Assembly (NCBI GenBank): GCA_051047955.1 | Contig: JBPGPT010000056.1 | Location: forward strand, 45,203-65,202 | Direction of reading: 5' to 3' | DNA length: 20,000 nucleotides | Source: Cystobasidiomycetes sp. EMM_F5 | Taxonomy: Eukaryota | Shown: positions 19,086 through 20,000 of the stretch, piece after piece | How positions within the stretch are numbered: the stretch's first letter is position 1 | How the letters are laid out: every line of letters starts with the position of its first letter | The notes under the pieces: model-generated | Told to the model about the DNA's origin: nothing | What the model saw: only the letters and a program-made list of their open reading frames with translations | Database searches by the model: none | Translations under genes and position numbers: made by a program

Positions 19086-20000
19086 TTAAGCAAACCGGTC
19101 GGGTAGCAGGACCGGAGCAGCCAGACTCCATCCATACAGTACCAGACAGAGCCACGACGACACGATGCGCACCCACATGGCCACCGTGGACCGGCCAATC
19201 TTTACTGGAGCACCATCGTCAGACGTGTCGCCCCCTCCGTCATTGATGGAGACGACGTTCCAATTCGTCAAGAGCATCGCAATGTACATTGTCGATAGGA
19301 AGAAGCTGTAGCATGGTCAAGATCAGCTTCATATTATACTGTTAGCGTTATTCAATCGCCACTCACATGATGTGGAAATACGTATAATCGTACGCTGTCC
19401 CTCTCCGCTCGTCGTCATTCTCATCTGCACCCGGCGCACCAGGGTCGGATTCATCGTCGATGTCCCTCGATTCGTCTAATGCAGATGCCGGCAGAGAACC
19501 AGCTTCCACAGCTGCTCTGAGCGCTTGCTGGCGCAGGCTCTCGTTTCTCGACGGTTGTTCCCGATTCACCACCGTCGCCAACTCCTCATCCGTCCCATCG
19601 TTATCTGGCAGCCGAATGGCCCCTCCTCCGCCTCCACCTGATTTCTGACGGCCGAGCGCTTTACTCTGAGTTGCAGCGCGAGATGTAGAGTATGCTATTG
19701 CGAGAAAGGTAAAGACTGCACCTAGTACGACCATACTCGTCTGTGCACCTTCTGCTCGTGCAGTGAGCGGGTTGCACTGCTTGTCGTCTCGATTGGCGAC
19801 TGCCGAAGTGACGAGATACGTGCAGTATGCCACTACCATTCCGCTCTGGCCTAGTCCGGACCGAGGATTGGCGTCCTGTACAGCCGGAAGGATGGACAGT
19901 ACCGAGACGCCGACGCATAGAATGAGGTTGAAGGTGATGAAGAATTGATTGAGACCGCAGGCGGACGAGGAGCCGAAAAAGACATAGTCGAGCACCGTCA
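19086..20000 (-). CDS. TMS1: Serine incorporator (SERINC/TDE/Tms1) membrane protein, 3' part (5' end outside window)
   Basis: Exons >20000-19367 and 19305-19086 (61-nt intron GTGAGT...CTACAG). Motifs: CGLNQFFITFNLILC, VQDANPRSGLGQSGMVVAYCTYLVTSAV, DENDDERRGTAYDYTYFHIIFFLSTMYIAMLLTNW, MWVRIVSSWLCLVLYGWSLAAPVLLPDRF. Confidence 0.95.

Noticed and set aside
139..20000. Functional gene cluster (hydrolase + transporters + regulators)
   Set aside because: There is no backbone biosynthetic enzyme or pathway-specific transcription factor, and the neighbours (DPB4, ING, TMS1) are unrelated housekeeping genes.

Overview
Eukaryotic, intron-rich and very gene-dense fungal DNA. The short 50-95 nt GT-AG introns with CTRAY-like branch points and intergenic gaps of 64-370 bp suggest a compact-genome basidiomycete (inference). 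Splicing the ORF fragments by hand gives ten protein-coding genes: an 11-exon intracellular GH15 (trehalase-like) hydrolase; an orphan tail-anchored coiled-coil protein; the histone-fold Pol epsilon/CHRAC subunit Dpb4; an intronless DUF2256+DUF3253-like (Cys4 zinc finger plus winged helix) protein; a CRIB-motif protein; two tandem ArAE/FUSC_2 (Bre4/YGL140C-like) transporter paralogs; an ING-family PHD protein; a small Ser-rich orphan with a Cys/His cluster; and the 3' part of a SERINC/Tms1 gene. I found no rRNA, tRNA, CRISPR or transposon signal, and no clear multi-gene novel system. The best leads are the DUF2256/DUF3253 fusion, the two orphans, near-operonic gene spacing, and splicing oddities (8-nt microexon, GC-AG intron, four stop-free in-frame introns, intron gain/loss between paralogs). 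All family assignments come from remembered motifs, not database searches.
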